This document shows positions 51,499 through 64,000 of a DNA stretch of 64,000 nt, one piece after another. The DNA comes from Octopus sinensis (taxonomy: Eukaryota). The notes under the pieces were generated by a model. It was not told where the DNA came from. It saw only the letters and a program-made list of their open reading frames with translations, and did not search any database. Location of the stretch: positions 54,684,001 through 54,748,000 of the forward strand of contig NC_043003.1 in the NCBI RefSeq assembly GCF_006345805.1, in the 5' to 3' direction. The position numbers and the translations under genes are program-made. How positions within the stretch are numbered: the stretch's first letter is position 1; each line of letters opens with the position of its first letter.

Positions 51499-52870
51499 CT
51501 CGGGGAAGAGACAGAAGGAAATTTAATATACGAAGATAGAATGAGTACCATTGAGGATGGGAAAATGTTAGAGATTAACAAGGAGAAATTCTGAAAAAGA
51601 GAGAGATACAATGAGGAGATGAAAAATGTTTGCGTGTGAGAGGAAGGATATTTAGAAGAGAAAACGCAAAAGGAATAATGTATAATTTAGAATAGAAAAA
51701 TTAAAATAAATTAGGGCTATTAGTAAATATGTAGGTTCTGGGAATGATTTTTAAACTGCTTCCAGTAGTGGACCCTAGTTGGGTATTTCCAGGACTTTTA
51801 CGAATTTGGAATCACCTCTTATCCAGTGTTGTTCTAATGTCTTCATTGACCCGGAGTAGAAATACTCGTTGGGATCCCACGTATGGGTTAATTAGTAAGT
51901 GTTCTACGACACCTTTGATGTGCCAACACTGCATGAAATCGAACTTAAGCGTAGCATCACAAGAAAGAGGAAACAAACAGAGCGGTTGGAATAGTGCCTA
52001 AAAGGAAGTAATATCAAATTTCCCTAGGAGGAAAATATCAAAACGGGAGATGGGATGAAAGAAAAATAAATAAATATAAATAATAATATTAACTTTCAAC
52101 GGAAGTCAATCTCAAATGGAGAGATCTTGTGGCGAGAGTCATTGACATCCCTGGGGAATTGGAATAATGGACAAGCCGAACTCTTGCAAAGAGCAGCGTA
52201 TTGGTTGAGATGTAAGGAGTTGGTAGATGTCGTTGAGAAAGCGATTTGGAATCTCGCGAAGTACGCCGTGTGACCACATTGATTTTCCCTCTGCTTCGTT
52301 AAATATAACATTTAGTAACAGTAATGAGAAATTTCGTAACAGTAATGAAAAATAACATTTAGTAGCAGTAATAAGAAATTATTAATAATAGAAATATATC
52401 CAGTGATAATCTGGTGTGGTTTCGCCTAGGAAAGAAAATTTTTAAAAGAATTTTTCATTTTATATAAATATATTTTTCACATAAATTTTGATAGAAATTT
52501 TTCTATAAAATATAGTTTCATTGCCTTTCGGCATTTTGGATTATCCATCGGGCATTTGTAGACAGGGAAAACCTTGAATCTGCTGTTTCCGCATATATAC
52601 AGACCTTTGCTCAGGTGTAATTATTTTTGTAAGATGTGCTGTCTATGTTTTGTTGCACATTGCCAAAAGGAATTTTTGGTTTTGGCAACTCTAATTATCT
52701 TTGTAATTTGGGAATGTGATGCAGTATATGAGATTCTGTGTCTTAGAGTTCATATTCGCATTGAAGGATCCACTTTTAAATTATATATAAAACCTTTATT
52801 GTTGTAATTACACATTCCACATCTATTGTCTCTAAAATCCTTCACGAAAATTCTAAATTATCTTCTATGC

Positions 52871-53069
52871 GATTTTTGCAGACGTACTCATATCACGTGA
52901 TTTCGGACCCTGTGATAAACATTTTGTCTTCGTCAGTGAGTGTTGCTGCTCAGGGCTAAATACTCGCGTCACAATGTGTGTATAGATCAACCAGTAATAC
53001 TCACTAATGAAGACTAAGTGTTTATCACAAGGTCTGAAATAACGTAATATGAGTACCTCTGCAAAAATC
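52871..53069. repeat. Diverged fold-back / MITE with ~80-bp arms
   Basis: GATTTTTGCAGACGTACTCATAT... pairs with ...ATATGAGTACCTCTGCAAAAATC; about a dozen mismatches. Confidence 0.75.
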
Positions 53070-53535
53070 ATTTGCGATTTTTCCTCGCTGTTATCTCGAA
53101 TTCACCAGTGTGTATAAGTGACTTATTGTGGTTGCTGAGCCATTTGACTCCTATTTCTAGCAATGATGTGTACTATATCGTACCCTGATTTTATACACAC
53201 ACACACACACACACACATAAATACAAACAAACATATACATATACATGTATATACATATATGCCTACATTATATGCCTTCACACACACACATATATATATA
53301 TAATGTATGTGTGTGTGTGTGTGTGTGTTTGTGTGTGTATACATATGTATTTGATATAATATAGATTCATTTCTGTACTAAAGTTGGTTGATTTTCCGCT
53401 GCACTAGGAAACGCAACCCTTGTGTGTAAAGCAAAAATATATCAGTAATCAATTTGGAAAACAACAACATTAGAAAGCCAAGATTATGGTTTTTATCGAC
53501 CTGTTGCTCACTTTTAAGCCACTTTCAACTGAACG

Positions 53536-53761
53536 TAACCCTTTAGTATTTAAACCGGCCATATCCGGCCAAAATATTTAATCTGTTTTATGTTCAAACT
53601 GACCAGATCCAGACCCTCACACCTACCCTACAATGTTATTCTACATTAGGTAATTACACCATCAAGATCTTGAAGATATGAGATAATGCATGATTAATTC
53701 AAATCAATGTGAATCAATAAGCATTATGTTTGATAGAATAATCAGAACATTAAAGGGTTAA
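53536..53761. mobile_element. piggyBac-like MITE
   Basis: (T)TAACCCTTTA ... TAAAGGGTTAA termini (TTAA target + CCC). Confidence 0.55.
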
Positions 53762-54134
53762 AAGCTAGTATCTCTGCTGAACAATTTGTAATATTGCACT
53801 GTATGTAATAGTACGTTGGCACGCGAAAGATGTATGAAGGCAATATAGAGAATTGAAAATGTTAGAGTAAATATTCAGTTCAGTTAATTGATTTAGTTGA
53901 AGCTTACAATATTACAGCTAAGAACTCGCGGGAACTGCTTATATCCTACGTAGTATATTGTCTATGTAATCCCCAAAATATTTTATTCCGTAAGCAGTGT
54001 CAAAATAATTTTAAATGTACATAATAGCAAACACCTTTTACTGCAACCTTAACATCAGACTATCATCTTATAAACAAATTAATTTTGAAAAAAAACTTCT
54101 AATTTACTTGTCTTTTGACATACATTCTCTAGAT

Positions 54135-54335
54135 CAGTGCTTTTCAAACGTTTTGCTGGAGCGGAACCCCAAGGAAACATTCCACTGGCTCGGGGAACCC
54201 CTGTGCAATAATTTAATAGTCTTATGCACACATATCTGCACAGGAGAATTAAAAATTACTGCCGATTTTAGCAGTTTTGTAACTTCTTGCGGAACCCCTG
54301 GACTGTACTGGCGGAACCCTGGTTGAAAACTACTG
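54135..54335. mobile_element. hAT (Charlie-like) MITE with intact 8-bp TSD
   Basis: TIRs CAGTGCTTTTCAA / TTGAAAACTACTG; direct repeat CTCTAGAT at 54127-54134 and 54336-54343. Confidence 0.85.
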
Positions 54336-54419
54336 CTCTAGATCAATACTCTGTGAGAAACACTGCATTGCCATAACTTGTCCTCCATACCATACAGCCT
54401 AAGCGTGGGTCATATCCAA

Positions 54420-54640
54420 CATCCTATAATGGAGAGACAGAAGCGAGCAACAGAGAGACAAAAGCAGAAAGGAAGAACATAAAGACTCAAATAGAACCGA
54501 GACAGCTCACGGCTGTGGCTTGTGTAATAGAGACTGCCATTTGCACATAGGACTGTTCCGACATAGACAATACTGTCCCAGTTGAGCGGACAAATAAGAG
54601 CCTCATCCATGGACATACATGATAGAAAGGAGCCATGGAA
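54420..54640 (+). mobile_element. RTE-type LINE 3' end remnant
   Basis: CGLCNRDCHLHIGLFRHRQYC* matches the C-terminal CxxC..HxxxC motif of RTE ORFs. Confidence 0.6.
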
Positions 54641-57600
54641 TATAGGCACAGGCTATGGGATTAAGAAGCTTGGAATGCAAACAAGTGGTTTGGTTTTAGT
54701 CGTACTGCATGGTACAGTTGGCAAGTGTCTTCTAAAACAGCCGCAGACCGATCATTGCCTTGGGAGGGAATTTGCTTTACGGAAAGTTTGTGGAAGACCG
54801 AACTCTATGTGTGCAGTTTTTTGTGCATTATAATGAAAACATTTAGTCAATGTATCCTCGCATTTAGAAATGAAACGCATTAAAAGTATGCGAAGTTCAA
54901 GGAAAAGAAAGCTGCAGATATTAATATTGCTTTAAATGTCCAACTGTAATTGAGTTTGTCTTTCGAAAGGCAGGCATTGTTTGCCATCGGCGGTTATATA
55001 AACCAAAGCAAGTCAATAACAGACCATTACTAACTGAAAGAATTTGTGTTTACCATTCATTTATCAAATGCGTTTCTATTCGTGATCTGAAGAACCGTAT
55101 CTCTTTGCACAATACCAATTGTCACGTTTCTGCACTGCATTTAACTAAGAACGTTTATGTAATAGTTGTTGTAAAAGCTATAAATTATCAGCAAATCTAA
55201 GAAGTCATTTTCGTTTTGCTGCTCATTAAGAAGCAATGATCTTGCTCGTTATTGAGTCAGTTGCCTCACACACACACAACGCACAAACACATACATGCAT
55301 TCGTGCACGTATACATACACATGCAAGCACATACACAAACGTATACTATCACTCACACGTATGTATAATAGTAATATCTGTCGAATTAGTTTTCATCTTT
55401 ATCTTCATCTTAATCTCATTTCCAATCTACCTTATTGTCAATACCTTCATCCTCCGCCACACCTCCTCGTCCATATGTTCCGTATTACCATGAATTTTAC
55501 ATTTTCTCTTTCTTCAACACTTCACATAGCGTTGCCTCTCTTCCTCAAACTCGCTTTCCTTTATTACGTGTCTGTGCATGATGTGGAACGTGGACTGAAA
55601 CTTAAAAATACCCAGTTCCTTCAATCATGATATTAGTGAAGTTTATTTTGATTCATTCAGTGAGAACGGTAACTCTAAAGGATATTAATGAAACAAATGG
55701 TATCCTAGAGTTGTGTTGCTTCTTCATTTCCTCCCCCACCTGTCTCCGAAGCCTTACTAAAAGCGAATGTTTACACCATTAAAAATCATTCTTGTTAATG
55801 TCAACCTTTTGACTTCACGACTAGCAATACTATTACCCTGTTAACTGAATTTATAGTGTTAATCCTTCAATAGGTTGACGTTTAAGACGTTTCAATAGAC
55901 CCACCAAATGCTGCCTGAATCTTCCTTTGAATACGTACGGTGAACCGATTAGGAGAATGTAAGAACACTGAAAGATCATGAAACAACAGCCCCAAAGCTT
56001 GAAAAGAATTTCCTTTGCAGCCGCTGCACTCGAACATGCCTGCATTATATTAATTTCATCTGCCATCAAGGAACCTGCAGGTAACGTGGAAAACTCCATT
56101 TATATTACTGTGATCACGATGCCAAGTACTGTTGATGCATATTTTTCACGCAATACCAAGCGTAATTCTGTGTAGCTTATGCTCGCATGTTACGGTTTAT
56201 ATATTATTTTTTTTTGTATTTTTCCATTGCATAAAATATACTGAAATACGTGAGTAATAATTTAGTAGCGCTATGATACTTATGTAGGAACATTATTCGG
56301 TGTTGTTTGTTGTTGTAGTTATATTTGTTGTTGTTATCGTAGTTAATATTGTTATTGGCATTTACACGTATATGATTTCTGACCTGGCAGAATTATTATC
56401 AGAGTCATGTCTACTATATTCATACAACCATTTATATATTCAGAACAATATTGACTTAATGTATAATGAAAGAATTTTTGACATGAATGCAATGTTACAC
56501 AATTTCTAAAAGATCGAGTAACTATTAGAGGCATAATCTAATCTGGACCATGTACGACAGACTTAATTCCTCCTTAATTCGTCTCCATGTTTAACATTAC
56601 CATGTGTCCTTTAGGAAATTTCACTTGCGTCCATTCTCTTTCAAGTCTTTGCATAATGTTTCGTTAGAAAAAAACTATCTCCACACTATACGAGTCTTGG
56701 ATACTTTAAAAGGGTCCTGACCATTTGCATTCTTCCTTAGAGTAAGCACATTAAAAAGTAAAAGAAAATATTGGAAGAGTGGAATGTGGTTGATATTTTA
56801 CAGACAACAAAGTAAATTTCAAACGTTGTAAAGTTGTAAGAACAATCGAAGATTGGGTATTTAACATTATAAGATGAGGGAAAGAAAAAAAATAGAAAAG
56901 GTTTCCAGCAGTAGATACCGGCTCGGAGTTCTAAAATTAAGGTAAACGGCTTCTGATAATAACTGTCCCCGATTTTAATGGTAACATGTTGCTTTTCGAA
57001 TGTGAGAAGTCAAAGCATGTGCTCACCTAGGTAAGTGATATTTAGTTACTTTTAGAGGTATTTTGGATCTCAACAATTGTAAGCAACAAGAACGATTATA
57101 CTTTTCGTGTTAACAGAAGACGTTTGGGTAAATAAGTAAGGATTCCTCTACGTAACTGCTGGAACAGTTAGAAGTAGGAAACGCGACTGAAATCACAAAA
57201 CACCGTCATAAAGAAAAAAATTGAGAAGACACTTCAGACTGTGTATTGCTTCATACATTTGTCCGAAGAAAGAAAAGAAATAGATGGTAACTGGGAATCC
57301 ATTGTCAATGTATCTAACTAATCAGAGATAATAAAAGCAAGACGTTTTCGTATAGTTAATACGTATAAATGAACTTATGAAATAATAAAAAACAAAACAT
57401 AGCTCTATGTTTGTGATTTAAACCATTTTGATTAAGTGAAAATATCTCTGCAATTAGAAGATAAATACTTCCTAGGGGTAGGTTTTAAAGTATCAAAACA
57501 ACAAGCAAGGGATTGCAATAATACCGGCTTATCCAACTAAAAGATGATATTGTTAGCAGCGGATATTTATTTGTACAGCCAGTTGCTCAAAGTAATGTAC

Positions 57601-58172
57601 GTATTTTGAGAACGTTGGATTTCTCCATCATCAAAGTTTAGTTGACTTGTCACTACATAGTAACAGTAAGTATGTATAGGAATAGGTGGAAAGTCGTGAT
57701 ACTGATTACTCAGGTTACTTTGTAGCGACATTCTATGGTAAAATTTTCACAAATTGCTTAGCTTAAAAAAAAAAAGATGTTTTCTAGGAATTTTGTGGAC
57801 AAGTATTGATTGAGGGTAGTGTATGATTATCTATGTACTGTCAATGTTTTAGAATATCAATTAGCGTAATTAGTGTTCGAAACGAAAGCGAATTACAGAA
57901 TAAAGTCCTACATAAATACATACACACCTATATATGCATATTCGTGAAATAATATGTAAATATATATTTACATATAATTACATACATGTATACATCTCTC
58001 TCTCTCACTCTGTCTCTCTCTATATATACATATATATATGTATATATGCATGTATGTATATATATACATATATATATATTTTTGTGTGTGTGTGTGTGTA
58101 AATTACATGTTTATATATACACGTATGTATACACACATATATATACACATATATACACAATATATACACACG

Positions 58173-58208
<36 letters not shown>

Positions 58209-59742
58209 CATACGCATATATACATATATATATACACAGACGCACGCACACACACACACATACACACACACACACAGAAAAACACACATATATATGCAAA
58301 TCAATGGACACAGAAATAGGATACAAGATTTCAATCAATCTACAGTGGTTGTTATGTTTTAGAGTTAACAAGGTTTCTGTTGATTCTTGATTGTCTTATA
58401 GTAATGACAATCGTCTCGTTTGCTAATTTTCGTATTCACAGCCAGTTTGCCACGCTGAAAATTTACAAAAAATGTTCACGTCTAAAATGATTTAACAATT
58501 TTACGCTTACATCATTTACATAGATCTTTTTTTTTTTGTTTGTTTTTCATTGACCCCACTGGCGTCAAAACGGGCTATGAACTATGCGTCTGTGTGTTAC
58601 TAATTTTTCATGGTGTTCTTTTTTTTCCTCTCTTCATCTTCCAAATGTTTATCTGCCAGGATTTGCTACAGGAAGAAAAACGTTGCATATTCGGGATAAA
58701 CTTTAAGGACACAGCCATATTGGAAATATCGGCAAGGAAACTTGTCTAAGATGAGTGCACAATGATGACTCACTCATTCGTATCCATGCGTTACTGGGTT
58801 TTGTAGTGATATAAAACAGCTTTTATCACATGTGGAACTGGTACGGTTACCAGTAGATTCTATAATGAAAATCCAGTTACTGTCTTCTTGGTTATTATTC
58901 TTCCGCAGGCATAAGGATGTCATGCGCTGGAGGTAACTGAAATATTTGGGAAGAGAACACTTTTCTCCATCAAACTTCATTAGTTATATCAAATGAGACT
59001 TGAGCAGAGAGGTGACAGCAGAGGAACTGATTCCCCTTAGTCTACTTTGTGATATACGCAGGTATATTTAGCGTAGCTAAACGGGTCTACTCTAAATATG
59101 CATCTAAATATGCATCTAGCTGGCAAGAATCGAGGGATAGCACATTTATGTGTCAGAGTAGTGAGAACACTGTGTGATAAGTCGAGAATAAGTACTTCTT
59201 TTGGGAACATTTTCTTATAAGCATCTTGGCCTCGTACGTTTTGGCTCGATTTAACAGAAATTGTTTTATAGATTTTACTGTCTTTTCTTTTTACTTTTCC
59301 CAAAATTTTGCGTCTTACGTATTGTAAAGGAAGTCATTAGCAATATTCAAATAATTATTGAATCGAACAATTAAAGCTTCGTTGTATTTGCAGTTACTTG
59401 ACATTCCAGAGATATCTGCGAAATCCCTTTCAGTTGATCTTCTACCGTCTCAAAGTGTCAAATATTGTACATATTCGATAATGTAGGTCTAAATATTCTA
59501 TGCAATCAGGCACGATATATGTATGTAGATAGGTAGATAGGTCGGTAGGGTGATAGGTGCGTGCGTGTATATATATATATATATATATATACACACAAAT
59601 ACATACACATATAATTATAGTGATTACAAATAAATGTCCAACAGCACTCCTTATTGACACCAACTTATTCAGTTATCCTCTTACACACTTCGGAAGCCCC
59701 CATAAAAATATATGTTCTGGACACAATAACCTCTCTCCCCCC

Positions 59743-59790
<48 letters not shown>

Positions 59791-60209
59791 TTGCCCTTGT
59801 TTATATATATATGTGTGTGTGTCTCTGTGTGTGTGTATGGTGTGTATGAAGTGAAAGCCTTAAGGCAGGAACATAAATGGACATAAGAGGTATTTGCGGT
59901 CGGTAGTCAGGCCAAGAAAGAAAGTTGATGGCTGGCTGGACACCGGTCACGTGGAAGGAAGAGGGAGGGATAGGGGGCAGCAGGATTAAAAAAGTCGAAG
60001 AGACAGAGGGAAAGATATAGGGGAGATATACGAGGAGGAATAAGTGGGAATTAAAGAAAGACAAGGCCAAAGAAAGTTGCCGATTCTACGAACAGCATTA
60101 CTTTCTCTTTCTATCTTACTGAAATATATGAGTGTATATAGAGGAGTATATATATGTGTGTGTGTGCTTATATACATACATATATGTATATGTCTGTATG
60201 TATATATAT

Positions 60210-60276
<67 letters not shown>

Positions 60277-62089
60277 ATATAATGTGTCATCCCATAAATA
60301 ATACGGTATACAAAGGGAGAGATACATTAATTGTTAGCGCTAGAAGCAGCATTAATACGAAAGAATAATATTTATATCCAATTTAACATGGATGTCTTGT
60401 TAGAATTCAGAATACTGCATTTTTAAGCCATAGATCATAGCAGACAAGAATTATCTGTCATGGGTGCTGGAATTCCTATATGAGGTGCTTTCATTCTGCT
60501 GGAAATAATCAGTGGAAAGCGTCTGGTTACTGCACGCCAGTGAAATCTAGCTGTTACGATATATAGAATATCATCCTCTTTTCAGACACTAATGTCGCAG
60601 ATTGCCAACAGGCTTACTAAAATTTAATTATTAACAGCAGGAGTTAATGACAAGTCATCCATATTAAGTTAGATATAAAGATAACCTCGTGCTATTAATA
60701 CAGCCAAACCAGCATCAAACAATACTTTAACATGAAAAAAATATAGGTTAAGATCACATTGAAAATAACACGGAATGACTATTGCTTGAATAGGACTGCT
60801 CAGTCAGAGCCACATTTGGTCTCAACTGGTTGAAGAACAGCACTACTGAGAACATTGTAAAGTATTCAAGAAGCGTTTAGATATATGGTTGAATATATTG
60901 ATTTCCATAGTTAATTTCGCAGCTATTAAGTTGAAGTTTACTACTTTATCTATTTTCTTCAACAGCCCCCGGTTACGCGTCTACGTCACATCTCCAGACC
61001 TATTGTTCGCTCTTAATCGTAAGTCAAAATGTTGACTATCTTTATTTATCAGTAGCAATACTTGGTTTAGATTAACTTTCGCTGCAAGATTTCTTACATA
61101 CAAGCTTTAAATCATAATATTGGAAAAATACTTACTATGTATTAATCATGAGCATGAATTTTGTTGTCTCGCTAAGAAATCAGACGTCTATCTTATCAAT
61201 CAACTGTTATTTGACTCAATAAACCTGTCATCTGCATTATCATTGAATGTTTGATCTTGATTAAAATATGACAAAAATAAGTATAATAAAGAAAACTGGA
61301 AGAAACGAAGTTTGCATTATCCATCAAATGTTATGTCGTCTGTATTATAATTCCACAGCTTATTGGCTCGCAAGTAAAACTGTTCTCTGTATGATATTTA
61401 TCAATAGAGATTTAGCGTCAGCAACACTTTCGTTGAAACTTGTAATCGGAGAGATGTAGAATATGTAAGGAACGTAAGATTAAGCAATCTTGTTAAACTT
61501 TGAGTGTGACGAAAGGAACTATGCAAATCCCCCCCCCCACTCTAGCCCATCTGCTTGACCGCATCCTTAAATTGTAACGAATGCAGGTTTCTTCAAGGCG
61601 TAATTCTAGAAGAAATTCTAACCGCACCCAAGCCTTCATAGAACTAGTCAATTTCATCGTAAAATGGCGCCAGATTCTTTATAAGTGGGGCTGTATCCTA
61701 AACAAAAGCAAACAAAACGTAAGAAATACACAGGCATTCAAATAACTTAACAGGAACGTAGAGAGCAACACATGCACACACATATTAGACATGTACAAAC
61801 ACACATACATATTAACAATGATATTGTCAGTCAGATTGCCAAAGAAACAGAAATGAAAAAGAATTGCCATTTTCTACATACTTTCTTAAATAGCATTCTT
61901 TTACATGTTCCTTTTATTTTAAGTGGGGGGGCTCTATTCAAGGCAGCGTTTCTTCAATAGGTTATCCCATTCACTTTGCCTCTCATCTTCTGTTTACTTC
62001 TTTCCCTTTCTATTTTAGAATATCATCATATTTTCTTTCTTTCTAATAACATACTTATATTTATAATGTCTGACTGCCTCTCTTTATAA

Positions 62090-62091
62090 AC

Positions 62092-62175
<84 letters not shown>

Positions 62176-62254
62176 GCATATATGTGTATATATCTATCTA
62201 TATATATAAATATATATGTGTATATTACATATATATTCATACACATACATATGA

Positions 62255-62305
<51 letters not shown>

Positions 62306-62417
62306 ATATATATATATTTATATGCATATATATATGTATATATGTACATATATATATATTTATACATATATATATATTATATATATATATATATATAGTA
62401 TATATATATATATATTT

Positions 62418-62450
<33 letters not shown>
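62090..62450. repeat. Long interrupted (TA)n microsatellite (one of dozens in the window)
   Basis: Direct inspection. Confidence 0.95.
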
Positions 62451-62456
<6 letters not shown>

Positions 62457-63152
62457 CACAGGAAGACACAGATATATCTCTTAAAATTTATGCATAATAG
62501 CATAATAGATGTGTATGTGTGTATGCATGTTTGTATGTGTGTGTATGTATGCTCATATTTCCAACTACATAATGATTTATTGCCATAAATACATAATAGG
62601 TAAGAAACTAATTCACACAAATACATACATGCATACATGTATATGTGTGTGGGTTTATATCTATGTATGCAACACGCATACACAAAAGCACACACACGCA
62701 CCACATATCTACACACACACACACACACATGCACATATATATTCATATGTTTGTGCGTTTATGTACAGAGATGTGTGTTTATGTTAACGTATGAGTGACT
62801 TTATCAGTCTTCTGCTTTCCCAAGTGAGCCACAAATTGAAATTAGTTTCAAGCAAGCAGCAAGCAAAAGTATATTATATATATATATATATTATCTTCAT
62901 ATCAAATTAAAGCAGGAGCTCTGTGTCATGCTGTACAAGACAAGAAATTAACACAAACAAATTTATCAAATTAAAAGCAATATGCTAAATATTATATTTC
63001 GAAGCAGAAAATAGCCTATGACACAAACGAGTGAAATATTTTTACATCCTGTTGTTCTGCTTGTTATAGAGGTTTGTTCAAAATTTATTGATTCGAGGAA
63101 ACTGACGTATCACAAATGTTCAGGGATGCATTATCGACTTTGTGCATGTAAG

Positions 63153-63187
<35 letters not shown>

Positions 63188-63361
63188 ACACATACATACA
63201 TACATATATACATACATACGCACGTACGTACGTACATACGTACCTACATCTGTATATATATATATATAAAAATATACATAAATATATTCACATACATACT
63301 TAGGTATATACGATTAAATACTTATGCACGCACACACACACATGCCTCTGCACATATATAA

Positions 63362-63458
<97 letters not shown>

Positions 63459-63530
63459 CATATACATATATACAAACACACTCGCAGATACGAACACTCA
63501 CACTCAGACATACGCACATACACAGACAGG

Positions 63531-63568
<38 letters not shown>

Positions 63569-63842
63569 ATATATATATATTATTCATAAATATGCATACA
63601 TACACGCATAAATGCGCGCGTGGGTACAAACAAATATGGGCGAATAAACACGCGAACCTTTAATGCTGTATACTGTTTCTGATTGAAAACGGAAGAAGAT
63701 AGTATTCCCTAATTGCTGATAGGTTTATGTTTATTCATATTTTCACTTAATTATTGAATCTGATATTAGTCATTTAGTTTCTTTATATCCACACATGTAT
63801 ATCAATATCGTGATGAATTTTGTACATTCATATGCATATGGC

Positions 63843-63912
<70 letters not shown>

Positions 63913-64000
63913 CGCACATAGTATTGTAACATATATTGTGATGTATTTTGTACATTTATGTACAATTGTTATATATATATGAATGTATATATACATACAC

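Noticed and set aside
52090-52272. + strand open frame ..EILWRESLTSLGNWNNGQAELLQRAAYWLRC..
   Set aside because: Protein-like composition but no start codon, splice sites or known motif.
58909-58932. + strand 24-nt micro-exon (ttcttccgcag|...gag|gtaact)
   Set aside because: Good splice signals but no partner exons or homology; expected by chance in 64 kb.

Overview
AT-rich eukaryotic (metazoan) DNA dominated by (TA)n, (TG)n, (TATG)n and (TAA)n microsatellites; the repeat content looks like an octopus (coleoid cephalopod) genome (inference). Almost all ORFs in the supplied track are microsatellite or repeat artefacts. One host gene can be assembled by eye: signal peptide + PAN/Apple-like domain + ~190-aa C-terminal domain, 291 codons in total. 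Four exons lie on the - strand (51408-51069, 46296-46118, 45351-45188, 44753-44590) with GT-AG splice sites and matching phases. Exon 1 has an in-frame TAA, and the matching terminal exon (39694-39740) is on the opposite (+) strand, so this is probably a pseudogene with a local inversion. The rest is transposons: R4/Dong-type restriction-like-endonuclease (RLE) LINE fragments from several lineages stacked head-to-tail in (TAA)n tracts; two non-coding TAA-embedded retroposon families (X, ~555 bp, 6 copies; Y, ~300 bp, 2 copies, with a perfect hairpin and a hammerhead-like motif); a Penelope-like RT; a solo Penelope-type repeat with a hammerhead carrying a compensatory G3:C8 core swap; RTE LINE pieces; three tRNA-derived SINE families; and mariner/Tc1/hAT/piggyBac-like MITEs. 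All calls are by eye; no database search was possible.
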